Shown here: positions 35,586 through 49,269 of the stretch, one piece after another
Layout: each line of letters begins with the position of its first letter
How positions within the stretch are numbered: the first letter of the stretch is position 1
Assembly (NCBI RefSeq): GCF_006345805.1
Contig: NC_042998.1
Location: forward strand, 26,350,001-26,414,000
Length of the DNA: 64,000 bases
Reading direction: 5' to 3'
From: Octopus sinensis
Taxonomy: Eukaryota
Made by a program: the position numbers and the translations under genes
The notes under the pieces: model-generated
What the model saw: the letters and a program-made list of their open reading frames with translations, nothing else
Told to the model about the DNA's origin: nothing
The model's database searches: none

Positions 35586-36670
35586 ATGGTAGAAGCCATA
35601 GCCACTAATAATAAAGAGGAATACTAGTGGAATGTTTCAGTGAAGGCCTCAATAAAATGTAAGCACAACAGACCTGATATAAGGATTTGGGATAGAAAAG
35701 AGAAACTGTGCACAGCTGTGGAAATTAGCTTCTATAATAAAGACACTTACCCAAGGTACCACACAGTGGGACTGAATCCAGAACCATGTGGTTGGGAAGC
35801 AAGCATCTTACCACACAACCACAACTGCACCTATATGTAGCTTTGGTGCCACATAAAAAGAACCCAGCCCCAAAATTTGGGGCCTTGTGCCTAGAGTAAA
35901 AAAGAATGATGATGATGACAATAATAATGATGTTGATGATGATGATGATAATGATGACGACAGTGATGATGATGGTGTGTGTGTAGGTGAAACATTTTTG
36001 ACACTTTTTAATATACAATATGATCAAGAAATAAACCACAAGCGAGCATGTAAATATAACAGTATATGCGTCATTTTAAGTGACAATCGTAACTCTACCA
36101 TGATGTATTAAGTCTATTAAACCTGATTCATTCTTGTTTTAAACTGTACAACTTCTTACATAAGTTCACAACTCCTGCTGTTTATCCTGGAGTGCTGTCA
36201 GAATTTTGTGTAGTCTTAGAAACACACTTTACTTGCATGTAAACTCAGAGTTTAATTATCACACATCATCTTAAATATATTCATTTCTCATAATCAACTA
36301 CAACAGTAAAATATCTGGAGGGGTTCTTATATGCACTCACATTTTTCTTTTCTTATCCATTTTCCTTTTATCTGCAAGTTTTGAAAAACAGCATGTAGTC
36401 ATAGGTACGTGTTTACTTTGTGTGTGAACTCTCACACAACATATATTACAATAATACCCGTTTGTCATTGTTGTGTGTCTAATTAATATTCATTTACTTT
36501 TGTGGTTTGTTCTTATAATCTTAAACACAAAAAAACATATACTATTGTGCATGCATGTGTCTGAGTATGTGACTGTGTGTTAAGAAACATGGTTCCAGGT
36601 TCAGTTCCACTGCATGGCAAATGTCTTCTACAATAGCCTCAAGCAGAAACTGAAAAATGCCTCTCGTATA

Positions 36671-36706
<36 letters not shown>

Positions 36707-36797
36707 ACTAATATAGGATAAAAAATTTTTCGGGAAAAAAATTTTATCAATGGCCAGCATATCAAAAAATACCTTTAAAGGTTAAATTTATAAATAA

Positions 36798-37141
36798 TTT
36801 ACAAGATAAGGGCAAAAGAAAAATTCTAATACCAAATATGCCGAAAAAAAGACAAAACTTTTCAATAACCATTATAATTTATGCGTCTCGAAACAAACTG
36901 ATAGAAATTTCTAAAAAATTCGTTATTACCGTATTGGTCCAATTTCGGGGTTAATTAATTAGAAATTTTCCCCTCTTCAGCGGCAAATACGCGAGATATA
37001 AGTGAAATACTTACTCATACCCATGGAAAAAGCAAACACCAAGTCCTGAGCAGACCTAAGTACCCCAAATATATCCAAAATAGAAAAATCTTCGGCACAT
37101 CTCGAGACATTAGAATTTTTCTTTTGCCCTTATCTTGTAAA
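36798..37141. mobile_element. MITE with 33-bp TIRs
   Basis: TTTACAAGATAAGGGCAAAAGAAAAATTCTAAT and its reverse complement at 37109-37141. Confidence 0.8.
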
Positions 37142-37225
37142 GTATATATATATATCATGTTTAAATTGGTATATCTTCACAAATAGTTTCACCTAAATTT
37201 TTTGCTTCATATATATATATATTCT

Positions 37226-37602
37226 TTTATTCTATTGACTGTGGCCATGCTGGAGCACTGCTTTTAGCCGAACAAAATGACCCCAGGACTTATTCTTTGT
37301 AAGCCTAGTACTTATTTTATTGGTCTCTTTTGCTGAACCGCTAAGTTACAGGAACATAAACACACCAGCTTTGGTTGTCAAGCGATGTTGGGGGGGACAA
37401 ACACAGACACGCAGACATATATATATATATATATATATACGAAAGGCTTCTTTCAGTTTCTGTCTACCAAATCCACTTACAAGTCTTTGGTCAGCCCAAG
37501 GCTATAGTAGAAGACACTTACCCATGGTTCCATGCAGTGGGACTGAACCCGGAACCATGTGGTTGTAAGCAAGCTACTTACCACACACCCATTCCTGCAC
37601 CT
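37226..37602 (-). mobile_element. SINE-A
   Basis: Consensus match. Confidence 0.88.
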
Positions 37603-37609
37603 AAATATA

Positions 37610-37872
37610 TATGAGACCCAGGAAGACATGGGATGACGTGGTGAAGCATGACCTTCAAACGTTGGGCCTCACAGAGGCTATGACAAAAGACTGAGACCTC
37701 TGGAGATATGCTGTAATGGAGATGACCCGCAAGTAAAGTGAGAACCAGCCTATTTAAAAAATACCTTTGAATCATCGAGTGACACACCATGCTTTGGGAA
37801 ACCTATTGAGTAGTCAAGTAAAATCAAAAATCAAATCACAATCAGGAATTGTAGTTGTGGCTGATACCAGTG
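37610..37872 (+). mobile_element. Family C LINE ORF2 end and partial 3'UTR
   Basis: RPRKTWDDVVKHDLQTLGLTEAMTKD*DLWRYAV. Confidence 0.8.
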
Positions 37873-37879
37873 CCGCCTA

Positions 37880-38232
37880 ACCAACCACATGGTTCCGGGT
37901 TCAGTCCCACTGCGTGGCATCTTGGGCAAGTGTCTTCTGCTATAGCCCCGGGCCGACCAATGCCTTGTGAGTGGATTTGGTAGACGGAAACTGAAAGAAG
38001 CCTGTCGTATATATGTATATATATATGTGTGTGTGTGTTTGTGTTTGTCCCCCTAGCATTGCTTGACAACCGATGCTGGTATGTTTACGTCCCCGTCGCT
38101 TAGCGGTTCGGCAAAAGAGACCGATAAAATAAGTACTGGGCTTACAAAGAATAAGTTCCGGGGTTGATTTGCTCGACTAAAGGCAGTGCTCCAGCATGGC
38201 CGCAGTCAAATGACTGAAACAAGTAAAAGAGA
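37880..38232 (+). mobile_element. SINE-A, 5' end clipped
   Basis: Consensus match. Confidence 0.88.
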
Positions 38233-38639
38233 GTATAACAATAATATAGCATGGAAAACAGACGCTAAACAATGATGATGATGATGATAAGATGAGAGAA
38301 TAGAAAGGTAATTAATAAATTATACATTAATTAAAAAATTGACAAACATTCCTTACAGCTGTTTCAATTCAGGCTCTCACAAAATTAATTGAATTAAATT
38401 AAAATTAATTAATAAATAATAATTTATTAATTACCTTTCTATTTTCTCATCATATTATTATAATAAATAAAATATATATAAACCACAGCTTATATAGTTA
38501 CCTTGCGGCTGAGTATTAAATGTAATGTTCAGTATTCTTTGTATAAGTAACTAACGAGTACTTTCATAGGATTCTGCTATCCCTGAATGAAGTTTGTAAC
38601 CTTTAATTGTGCTTCTTTTATATATATGTATGTATGTGT

Positions 38640-39292
38640 ATGTGTGTGTATGGTTGCATCTGTGTTTGTCACTCCAACATTGCTTGACAACCGGTGTTGG
38701 CATGTATATATCGCTGTAACTTAGCGGTTCATCAAAAGAGACCAATAAAATAAGTACTGGGCTTACAAAGAGTAAGTGCTGGGGTCGATTTGTTCGACTA
38801 AAGGCAGTGCTCCAGCATGGCTGCAGTCAAATGACTGAAACAAATGAAAGAATAGAAGAATGCATATACATACACATACAACATTTTATATAGAGTATGT
38901 TCCTCCATCCTACGCAAATTCTCAGGTCCTCAGTAGATGCAGCTGTAGTGGTTATTTGAGCCATGCAATTGAAATGCAGTGTAGCACCTTGGGCAAGTGG
39001 CCTCCACAATAGACTTGAGCTGACTAAAGCCTTGTGAGTGGATTTGGTAAATGGTTACTAAAAGAAGCCCATCATGTGTGTGTGTGTGTTTTAATGTCTG
39101 TGTTTGTACCCCATCAGCAGGTGTTGATGTATCTACATCCTTGTAACTTAGTGGTTCAGTAATAGAGACCAGTAGAAAAAAGTACAAAGCTTTAAAAAAT
39201 AAGTCCTGGGGTTAATTCATTCAACTAAAGACTCTTCTAGTCAGTGCCCCAGCATGGCCGCAGTCTGTTGACTGGAACAAGTAAAAGATAAA
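38640..39292 (+). mobile_element. Two partial SINE-A copies
   Basis: 38640-38852 and 38985-39292. Confidence 0.7.
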
Positions 39293-39299
39293 AAATCAC

Positions 39300-40620
39300 C
39301 CAAAACAATATTTTTTTGAAAAGCTTGTGTCTGCTATACATCTGTCCAAACACCTTCCATAAAACTCCATTTTTCAGCCTTTTGCATGTTCTTCATTGAG
39401 AGTATGAACTATTCTTACAATGTAATGTTTCCAATGACAGCACTTCATAATACAAGAGAAGCTTCATTTTAAAATTCCCATCTCAGAACCAGCTGCTGCA
39501 TGGATTTCTCTTTTTCTAAAATCTGGCAAAACATTTCTACTACATTTCATTTTTGTATTTGGTTTACAAGATTCTTTATGTGAATTCGTGTGTTGAAGCA
39601 TATATTATTGGTGTCTGGGGAGAATCACTCTCTTTTAGTGCCTTATTATTTAACACACTCACTGGTTTGATTTCCACTCATGTTTTTTTTCTTTCTAACA
39701 TATTCGCTGTGTCTTGCAACCTTTTCAATAGGCATAGGAGTGGCTGTGTGATAAGGAGCTTGCTTACCAACTACATGGTTCTGGGTTCAGTCCCACTGTG
39801 TGACACCTTGGGCAAGTGTCTTCTACTATAGCCTCGGGCCAACCAAAGCCTTGTGAGTAGATTTGGTAGATGGAAACTGAAAGAAGCCCATCATATGTGT
39901 GTGTGCATGTTTGTTTGTCTGTGTTTCCCCCCCCCCCCCAACATCGCTTGACAACCAATGCTGGTGAGTTTACATACCCATAACTTAGCGGCTCGGCAAA
40001 AGAGACCGATAGAATAAGTACTAGGCTTACAAAGAATAAGTCCTAGGGTCAATTTGTTTGACTAAAGGTGGTGCTCCAGCATGGCCACAGTCAAATGACT
40101 GAAACAAGTAAAAGAGTAAAGAGTTATTGACTTTGTCCGTTATCAGAGCTGCTTTCTGTTTGTTTGTTTGCGTGCATGTGTGTGTGTGTCAGTCTGCATG
40201 TGTATACACGTATGTATGTATGTGTGTGTATGCATGTATGTGTCTGTGTATGTATGCATATATAAGTATGCGTGTGGTTACCTTTTTATGTATGTATGTA
40301 TTCTGCATATTCATGCGTTTGTGTGTGTGTGTGAGGATTCCTCTGTCTCTTTGTTTGTGCATGTTTGAGTGTGTCTGTGTGTAAGGGTTTTGTGAGACTT
40401 GTAAAATATTCGTGGTCATCTGGAAGAGGTTTTCTTAAATTTTTTTTCTTGCTTGTGGACATTCTAAACAGTTCCGTTTGCTTCTAACTTATTTCTAGTT
40501 TGTGTGATGCTAAGTCTTAAATCGTCTTTGTGCTTTGGCTGTATTTTCAAACTTCCACTTGTACTTTCTGATACATTTCCTTTGTTCAAACTTTAGTCTG
40601 GCTCCCTTCATTATTTCTAA
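39300..40620 (-). pseudogene. Fragmented Tc1/mariner-type transposase interrupted by SINE-A and microsatellite
   Basis: 40400-40620 RLKFEQRKCIRKYKWKFENTAKAQRRF (HTH-like N-terminus); 39300-39530 HWKHYIVRIVHTLNEE...MEF...SFSKKILF. Confidence 0.45.
39731..40125 (+). mobile_element. SINE-A, full length
   Basis: Consensus match. Confidence 0.9.
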
Positions 40621-40744
40621 TGGATTAATTCTAAAAAGAAATGAAAATTGAGTTGTCAGCCGTAAAATTATGCATACATTTTGGAGACATGAATATATAC
40701 ATACATATTTATACATACATACATACATACATATATACATATAT

Positions 40745-41015
40745 ATCATCATCATCATCGTTTAACGTCCGTTTTCCGTGCTAGCACAGGTTGGACGGTT
40801 CGACTGGGGTCTGGGAAGCCAGGGGCTGATCCAGGCTCCAGTCTGATCTGGTAGAGTTTCTACGGCTGGATGCCCTTCCTAACGCCAACCACTCCGCGAG
40901 TATAGTGGGTGCTTTTTACGTGCCACCTGCACGGAAGCCAGTCGGGGCATCGGCCACGTTCGGATGGTGCTTTTTATGTTCCACCGGCACGGAAGCCAGT
41001 CGGGGCGGTGCTGGC
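40745..41015 (-). mobile_element. Family C tail
   Basis: Family match. Confidence 0.85.
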
Positions 41016-41433
41016 ATAATATATATATATTCATATAGCAATAAGAAAATGGAGGGCATCAATAGGTGGTTCATCAACTTTTAGACATTATATTAACCTA
41101 TTTATTTATTTACTAAACTAATAATTACAATAATATACATACATACACTAGGTAATGTAATTGCAATGCAATAAAAAACACTTCTGCGTTAATTGGGTAT
41201 TCTACCAGCAGTATATTGGATAGATATTATCCCTTAGTGGGTTGGATTCACAACCTCTGACTTTCTTGGAGTATATATATGTATATATTATACATTCATA
41301 TGAATATATATTTGTTTATCTGTCTTTCTGATTTTGTGCACGTGTGCATGTGTGTGTAATTATTTATGTATTCCAACATATAAATATTTATTGAATATTT
41401 TTATATACATACATATATATATGTGTACATATA

Positions 41434-41474
<41 letters not shown>

Positions 41475-42514
41475 TTGTAGTTCTGGGTTTGCCAGCTCAT
41501 AGGAATATGGTCAGACCACTTGGAATAAAGGACTGAATAGGCAAAGTGTTAGTGTGTGCATGTGTGTATGTATAAAATTTATGTCAAATGTTGTATTATG
41601 TGAAATGAACAAAAATGAAATGACAAAAGAAAACAAGGAACATTACTTCAATGTAATTAATCTACATTAAGTATCTCAAGTTAATTTTTTTAAAAATTAC
41701 ATTACTTTTTGTCACCTACTTTCCCTGCTTTATTAAATTTATTAGTGAAAATAAGAATTCTCTAACGGAATTCTGAAGCTATTAATATGTCACAGAAAAT
41801 TTTCTTTGAGAACTAGATGCATTCAGAGAGGATAAAGGATACTTGAATTCTGTAAATAAATACCTGAAGTGGGGAAGGGAACACATTCTGGTGGGGATGC
41901 TGAAATTAGGTCCCTCTCCCCCCAGCCCCTACAACCTGGTCTTACAATGCTTCTCAGGGTAGGGGATGGTAGATTCTTTCCTAAGTAATGGGTTCTTAAC
42001 TGGATATTATGAGATAAATATCACTTCAGCTTGTAAGGTCACATTGATAACAACTTACTGTATTCAGGAAATATTTGTTTTATGGGGGTGGGTTTGCACT
42101 TTTTCTTTTCTTTGTCTTTTCTTTCTTCAAACAGAGGCAATAAGAAAGCAGCCTCATTGAATTTTGTGTGGTAGGAGATCAGCACAATAGATTTGGTTAA
42201 GAAGTTAACTTGACAACGATGTGGTTTAGGGTTTGATCCCCTTTCACAGTACCTGAGGCAGATGTCAGCTACTTTAGCCTCAGGCAGACTAATTCCTCAT
42301 GAATGGAATTGGTAGATGTAAACTATACAGATATTCAGGCACAAGTGTCTGCTACTGTAGGAATAATTCTCAGCCATTTTTCACCTATTACGATTTTATT
42401 TCAGTGGACCCTCATACTTATTCAAAGTTTAAGAAAATACTTTTATATTTTTATGATTAAATATTATTAGGAATTGTAATGAAAAAGAATTGTTAAAATA
42501 ATTTGTGTATTCTT

Positions 42515-42714
42515 TTACTTTTTTACTTTTTTCAGTCATTTGACTGTGGCCATGCTGGAGCACCGCCTTTAGTCGAGCGAACTGACCTCAGGACTTATTC
42601 CTTGTAAGCCTAGTACTTAGTCTATCAGTGTCTTTTGCCAAACCGCTAAGTTACGGGGACGTAAACACACCAGCTTTGGTTGTCAAGTGATGTTGGGGAG
42701 ACAAACACAGACAC

Positions 42715-42759
<45 letters not shown>

Positions 42760-42950
42760 ATATATGTATGTATATATATATGTATATATATATATATACA
42801 TACAATGGGTTTCTTTCAGTTTCAGTCTACCAAATCCACTCACAAGGCTTTGGTCAGCCCAAGGCTATAGTAGAAAACACTTACCCAAGGTGCCACGCAG
42901 TGAGACTGAACCCAGAACAATGTGGTTGAGAAGCAAACCTCTTACCACCT
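42515..42950 (-). mobile_element. SINE-A
   Basis: Consensus match. Confidence 0.88.
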
Positions 42951-43686
42951 TTGAATGCAGTGCTCCAGCATGGCCACAATTCAATGACTGAAATGCACTA
43001 AAGAATAAATGCCTAACATAAGCTGATTAACTACATAACTTGGTAGAAACCGAGAGCATTTATTGTGCATTTGTGTCAGAACATGAATAAACTGAAATTA
43101 TCTCATTTTGTTCATGTTTCATACACTTTTAATACATAATTAACTGGCTGGTAAATTTTGTTTTAATTGAATTTCAAAAACGTAGATATAAATGAGGTTT
43201 GAATTATTTAAAAACGTTTCAAAGTATATTAATTTCAATATAGCTAGAAGCCTACATTCTTTAGAAATTTAACTAGGAAATTAGCAGTGCAACAGCTGTT
43301 ACCAGTTGAACGGCTGTAAAGACAAAACAGACAAAGATAATGTCTCAAATTTTTGCAGCAATTTGCTATCCTTAACAAGAGAATTTAAAGCAGATGAAAT
43401 AACAGTTGTTAAAAGAAGTGTACTTTAAAAACTTGCTTGCTCACATCAGCTATGTAATTGCCCCTTTTGAGTTCTTGATAATTTTTATCTTTTACGGGTA
43501 TTCTTTTTGTATTTGCAGTTTATTAGCTGTGGCTGCGAGGCTGTGTCACTGCTGTTATACAAAATACAAATATTTTATTTTGTCATGTATGAATGAGAAA
43601 TTATAAATACGTATAAGAAGTACACATATGGTGTACTAACACGCACACACACACACACATATATATAATATACATATGCATATGCA

Positions 43687-43729
<43 letters not shown>

Positions 43730-43886
43730 TATATACACACAGTAAAAATATATTACAAAAAGAAAATATAAAATACACAGGGAAATGTAAGGGTAAAATA
43801 TGAAAAATCAACGAAAATGCACATTGTAAATAAAAAAAAGGCTTTTTATGACAGGTAATGACAAATATATACACACATATATATAT

Positions 43887-43918
<32 letters not shown>

Positions 43919-43984
43919 ATACAAATAAGAAAATGGAGAAACCATTTAGTTGGTTCATCAGCTTTAGGATATTAGAATGTTGAC

Positions 43985-44385
43985 TTACTCTTTTACTTGT
44001 TTCAGTCATTTGACTGCGGCCATGCTGGAGCACTGCCTTTAGTCGAGCAAATCGACCCCGGGACTTATTCTTTGTAAGCCCAGTACTTATTCTATCAGTC
44101 TCTTTTGCCGAACCGCTAAGTGACGGGGACGTAAACACACCAGCATCGGTTGTCAAGCAATGCTAGGGGGACAAACACAGACACACACACACACATACAT
44201 ATATATATATACATATATACGACAGGCTTCTTTCAGTTTCCGTCTACCAAATCCACTCACAAGGCATTGGTCGGCCCGGTGCTATAGCAGAAGACACTTG
44301 CCCAAGATGCCACGCAGTGGGACTGAACCCAGAGCCATGTGGTTGTTTAACAAGCTACTTACCACACAGCCACTCCTGTGCCTAT
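43985..44385 (-). mobile_element. SINE-A, full length
   Basis: Consensus match. Confidence 0.92.
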
Positions 44386-44562
44386 ACTTATTTATCTATT
44401 TAACAAAAACGAGAACCTTAATAACATACATATGTATATTATAATTCAATACATATAAGATAAGAATACAATTATAAAAATCTTAATATATATTATTGAA
44501 ATCATTAAAATCACTCTTACAGCTGGTATATATATATATTTACGTATGCGTGTATGTATATG

Positions 44563-44595
<33 letters not shown>

Positions 44596-44804
44596 GTATA
44601 TAATTGTTAAAGAGGACCAACAAACATCTTGCCTTAACGTTTGTTGTCCTCTTTAACAATTATATATCCGTTTTATCAGAAATCTGCAATGTCTCCATAA
44701 CTACCGTCTCAGCTACAACCTTGGAGCCTTAGTAATCCGTTGCAGCACTCACCTGTGAACTAAACCCCCATATTTTGCATACATATATATATATATATAT
44801 ATAT

Positions 44805-45207
44805 ATTCCTCTCTTTTATCTGTTTCAGTCATTTGACTGCGGCCATGCTGGAGCACTGCCTTTAGCCGAGCAAGTCGATCCCAGGACTTAGTCTTTGTAA
44901 GCCTTGTACTTATTCTATCGGTCTCTTTGGCCGAACTGCTAAGTTATGGGGACATAAACACACCAGCATCAGTTGTCAAGTGATGTTGGGGGTACAAACA
45001 ATGACACACGAACATATACATACATACATATATATATATATATGTGTGACAGTCTTCTTTCAATTTCCATCTACCAGATCCACTCACAAGGCTTTGGTCG
45101 GCCCCAGGCTATAGTAGAAGACACTTGCCCAAAGTGCCACGCAGTGAGACTGAACCCAGAACCATGTGGTTGGTAAGCAAGCTACTTACCACACAGCCAC
45201 TCCTGGG
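44805..45207 (-). mobile_element. SINE-A, full length
   Basis: Consensus match. Confidence 0.9.
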
Positions 45208-45929
45208 CTATATATATATAAACAGCAGTATCATCAGCTCTTAGAGAACACCCATGTTAAAGAGGCAATAGACACTACCTTTTGGTTCGTGTATTGCTTC
45301 TATCTTGAACAGGTTTACTAACAGACTAGTCTCCTAATTACAAAATTAGTGATTATATGATACTGTATTTTGTATATATTGTATATTCTGCTATGCCTGA
45401 CAAATGAGTGCCCACCACCGAAGAGATCCTATAAGATTGAAATCTCATGGACTTGTGACCTTGAAGCCCAGCTGGCAGGAGTTATCTCCTACTTGTAATA
45501 AATACTAAGTATGGAAAGCACACTGGATAAACCAGCTGGAGGTGGTAAACACTACCTATATATCCATTATGACCAATCTATATAATACTGTACATTTAGA
45601 TTAATATAGCCACTTTACTGACTTATGGATTATTAGATAACTTACATATATATATATACATACATATATATGTAATATTTGGCGTAATTATAAACAGGGC
45701 AAATTTTAGCCATTTCTCCGCAGACTGAAGAAAAGGATGATCAACCTTAATCAATTTTCGAATCGATTATTGGGTTCTCATCAGAGGTGTCCACATCATT
45801 TTGGCAATCTCCAAACTGTTTATATACTCAACAACTGCAGCAATTACTCTATGAAGGAGTTCCTAATTTGCATACTGAAAGTGTTTAACACTCTATAAAT
45901 ACCAGCGGCCTATGTATATGTATTGTGTA

Positions 45930-46145
45930 CAAGGTGGTACTGAAAAGTCCCTGGCTTTAAGGGTGTCGTGAAAGGCCTGGATGGAGGCTCAACCTCCTAA
46001 GTTCTCTTACAGGGGTGAGAAATACTGAAGGACTAACGCAATAAGTGTGTGAATCTGAGAGGGGAATATGTTGAATAAAATCATAATTAACTGATCCTCC
46101 TGTATTTTTTTTACCCAAAGCCAGGAACTTTTCAGTACACCCTTG
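45930..46145. mobile_element. Mariner-derived MITE
   Basis: TA-CAAGGTGGTACTGAAAAGTCCCTGGCTTT and inverse AAAGCCAGGAACTTTTCAGTACACCCTTG; internal NKCVNLRGEYVE* resembles the mariner transposase C-terminus. Confidence 0.8.
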
Positions 46146-46284
46146 GCTATTGGAGTTTGTGAAACTGTTGGTCACTTTCTGACCAGACATATATTTAACT
46201 TCATATAAATACATTACCGTTCTAACTTTTAGAGTGTGTTTCTTTTTTTTTTTTTTTTTTTTTTTTATATATGATCCACTGATA

Positions 46285-46520
46285 ATATCATCATCATCAT
46301 TGTTTAACATTTTCCTTCCATGCTGACATGGATTGGATGATTTGACAGGAGCTGGCCTGGCAGGAACCTGCACCCAACTTCTGCGTCTGTTTTGCAGGGG
46401 TTTTTGTGGTTGAATGCCCTTCCTAACACCAACCACCCAGAAGAGTGTTTTTTACATGGCACAAGAACTGGCAAGGTTTTTACAGCTGGATGCCCTTCCA
46501 AATGCCAATCACTTTACAGT
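46285..46520 (-). mobile_element. Diverged family C tail(s)
   Basis: (CAT)n, TTCCATGCTGACATGG, GATGCCCTTCC twice. Confidence 0.7.
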
Positions 46521-46596
46521 GTGGACTGGATATACAAATATATATATATGTGTGTGTGTGTGTATATATATAAATGTATGTATACATACATATGTA

Positions 46597-47410
46597 TATT
46601 CTTTTACTTGTTTCAGTCATTTGACTATGGCCATGCTGGAGCACTGCCTTTAGTCATACTAATTGACCCCGAGACTTATTCTTTGTAAGCCTAGTGCTTA
46701 TTTTATTGGTCTCTATTGCCAAACCACTAAGTTACACAGACATAATCACACCAACAACGGTTGACAAGCAGTGATGGGTGGGGACAAACACAGACATACA
46801 AACATATACATACATACATATATATATATATATCATCATCATCATCATCGTTTAACGTCCGTTTTCCATGCTAGCATGGGTTGGACAATTTTGACTGAGG
46901 GCTGGCGAACCAGGAGTTCATATATATATGTGTGTGTGTGTATGTATATGTTTGTCCCCACCTACTATTGCTTGACAACCGATGGAGAGGTCAATGCTTG
47001 GAATCTCGTAGAATATACATGCAGCAAGTTTAGATAGGCTCGACATATTGCCCGGCTCACTGATAATTGGTGGACCCACGCAGTTGTCAAGTGGCACCCA
47101 CTCAAACAGAAACGACCACTTGGAAGGCGGACGATTGGGATCACGTGGATGAGGAAGGCGTGATCCAGAGAGGAGTGGACAGCATGCTGTGACCAGTGGT
47201 ATCAAATGGATGCCCGACGGACTGGTCGGTCAAGGTGATATATATATATGACGGGCTTCTTTTAGTTTCTGTCTACCAAAACCACTCACAAGGCTTTGGT
47301 CAGCCCAAGGCTACAGTAGAAGTCACTTGCCCAAGGTGCCATGCAGTGGGACTGAACCTGGAACTATGTGTTGGGAAGCAAGCTTCTTACCACACAACCA
47401 CTCCTGCATC
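46597..47410 (-). mobile_element. SINE-A interrupted at its microsatellite by a family C tail and an RTE-1 fragment
   Basis: 3' half at 46597-46830, 5' half at 47240-47410. Confidence 0.75.
46990..47232 (+). mobile_element. RTE-1-type LINE 3' fragment
   Basis: SKFR*ARHIARLTDNWWTHAVVKWHPLKQKRPLGRR; ends GTCGGTCAAGGTGA plus (TA)n; homologous to 58205-58558. Confidence 0.8.
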
Positions 47411-47885
47411 TATGTATGTAGGTATGTATGTATATATAAGCATGCAGGTGAAGCATTGTTGTTGGAAGCATTTGTGATTATAGATGACAAACTAATAGTT
47501 CATGAGTCTGAAACTTCTGTAATATATCTATTAAAGTAATGTACTTTACATGAGATATATTCTGTCTAGCTGAATCTTATCTGGTTAGAAAATAAGTATT
47601 AATTATATACTCTGTGATAAATATCAAGTTATATTTCCTGCAATCCATAATCTAAATCCTTTCTAGGCTGACTTGACATTTAATTTCATCAGGAGTTAAT
47701 GAAATAAGTAGATTGACAGTAGAAATAAACCATTTTATGAAACAGGCTTATTTGCTGTTCAAAGGACAGTGCCCTAAATTTTGAGTTGCAATTTGCAGAG
47801 AGAATGACAGAAATAGGCTGGATGGGTGAAGTTTCTGATATTAACAATGCCAACCCTATCATGGCCATTCTTTTATAAAAAATTA

Positions 47886-48225
47886 CCATATTTGATGGCC
47901 TAAAGACTCACAAGTGCACAGAATGCACCCTGGCCTAGGCTTTCTTTTGTAAAATAAATTACCACTAAAATAATGTTTTAACTCCTCCACTTACCTGTAT
48001 AACTTTGTTATTGCTGGTAATTATAAGCAATTTATTGCATCCACATTTGATATAAACATACCATAGGTGATTGTACACCAATAGATGGCAGCACACGTTT
48101 TGTAAACATACATACCATTTTGAGCGAGATTTGAGCCTATATTGAGTGCATTGGACACAGGAATATTTTAAGCCATTTTTAGGTTTAAAAAAAAAAAGGT
48201 GTGTCTTAAAGGCCATCAAATACGG
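47886..48225. mobile_element. Tc2/Kanga-like MITE
   Basis: TA-CCATATTTGATGGCCTAAAG ... CTTAAAGGCCATCAAATACGG-TA. Confidence 0.8.
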
Positions 48226-48334
48226 TACCTAAATTCCTTTTTAAATAATAAAAAAAATTTTGCAGGATTTTGTAAAATAACATTTTTATCAGTGGATTAG
48301 TGTCTGTAAGACAATTTAGCAAAAAAGCCTTTAG

Positions 48335-48712
48335 ATTATAGGTGTGTGGTTAAGGAGATCACTTTGCAACCATGTGGTTTTAGGTTTCAGTTACACTGCA
48401 ATGCACCTTGGACAAGTGTCTTCTCCTATAGCCCTGGGCCAACCAGTACCTTGTGAGTGAATTCAGTTGATGAAAATTGTGTGGAAGCTTGTCATATAAT
48501 GTGTATGTGTGTGTGTTCCTCATCAGTGCTTGACAACTGATATTGGTTTGTTTACATCCCCATAACTTATAAATTTATCAAAAGCAATTGATAAAATGAG
48601 TAGCAGACTTTAAAATAAGTACTGGGGTTGATTTGTTTGACTAGACTCATCAAAAGTGGTGCCCCAGCATGGCCACAGTCCAGTAACTGAAACTAGAGAT
48701 AAAAGACAAATG
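48335..48712 (+). mobile_element. Diverged SINE-A
   Basis: Family match. Confidence 0.75.
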
Positions 48713-49269
48713 ATGAAAAGTATAAAAAGTTTAGATATGAAAACTTCAAAACAAGCAGTTTTCTATCAAAGAACCAGAAACTGTCTCCAGGCAAACTAGT
48801 TTCAAACAAATCAAAGTGTTTTGGATAAATGAATTTTAGAAATTGGAGTCAAAAGTCTATTTTCAAATATTGATGATGAAAAACTGTGCATATCTCTGCG
48901 AGCAGTGTCTTTCATTTTCAATCTCCTGTGAAAACATGTCTGGTCATGGAGAAATATTACTTTGCTAGGAAACAGCCCCAATAAATTCTGTCCAACCCAT
49001 GCAAACATGGAAAAGTGGATGTTAACTGGATGATGATGGGAATGGACTAAACAGAACAGGAGGAGATACTTGGGATGGAGAGTTGTTGAAGGAGTCACAG
49101 GATGTAAGACAGATTTCCAGGGAAAGGAAAGGAAATAAAAGCAATAACAAATCTAAATAGAAGAATGAATATATAGAGTGTGTGTGTGTTTGGCAAAAAA
49201 CAAAAATGACCATCTTGAAATATAATAATAGATGATGATGATGATATCATATATATATATATATATACA

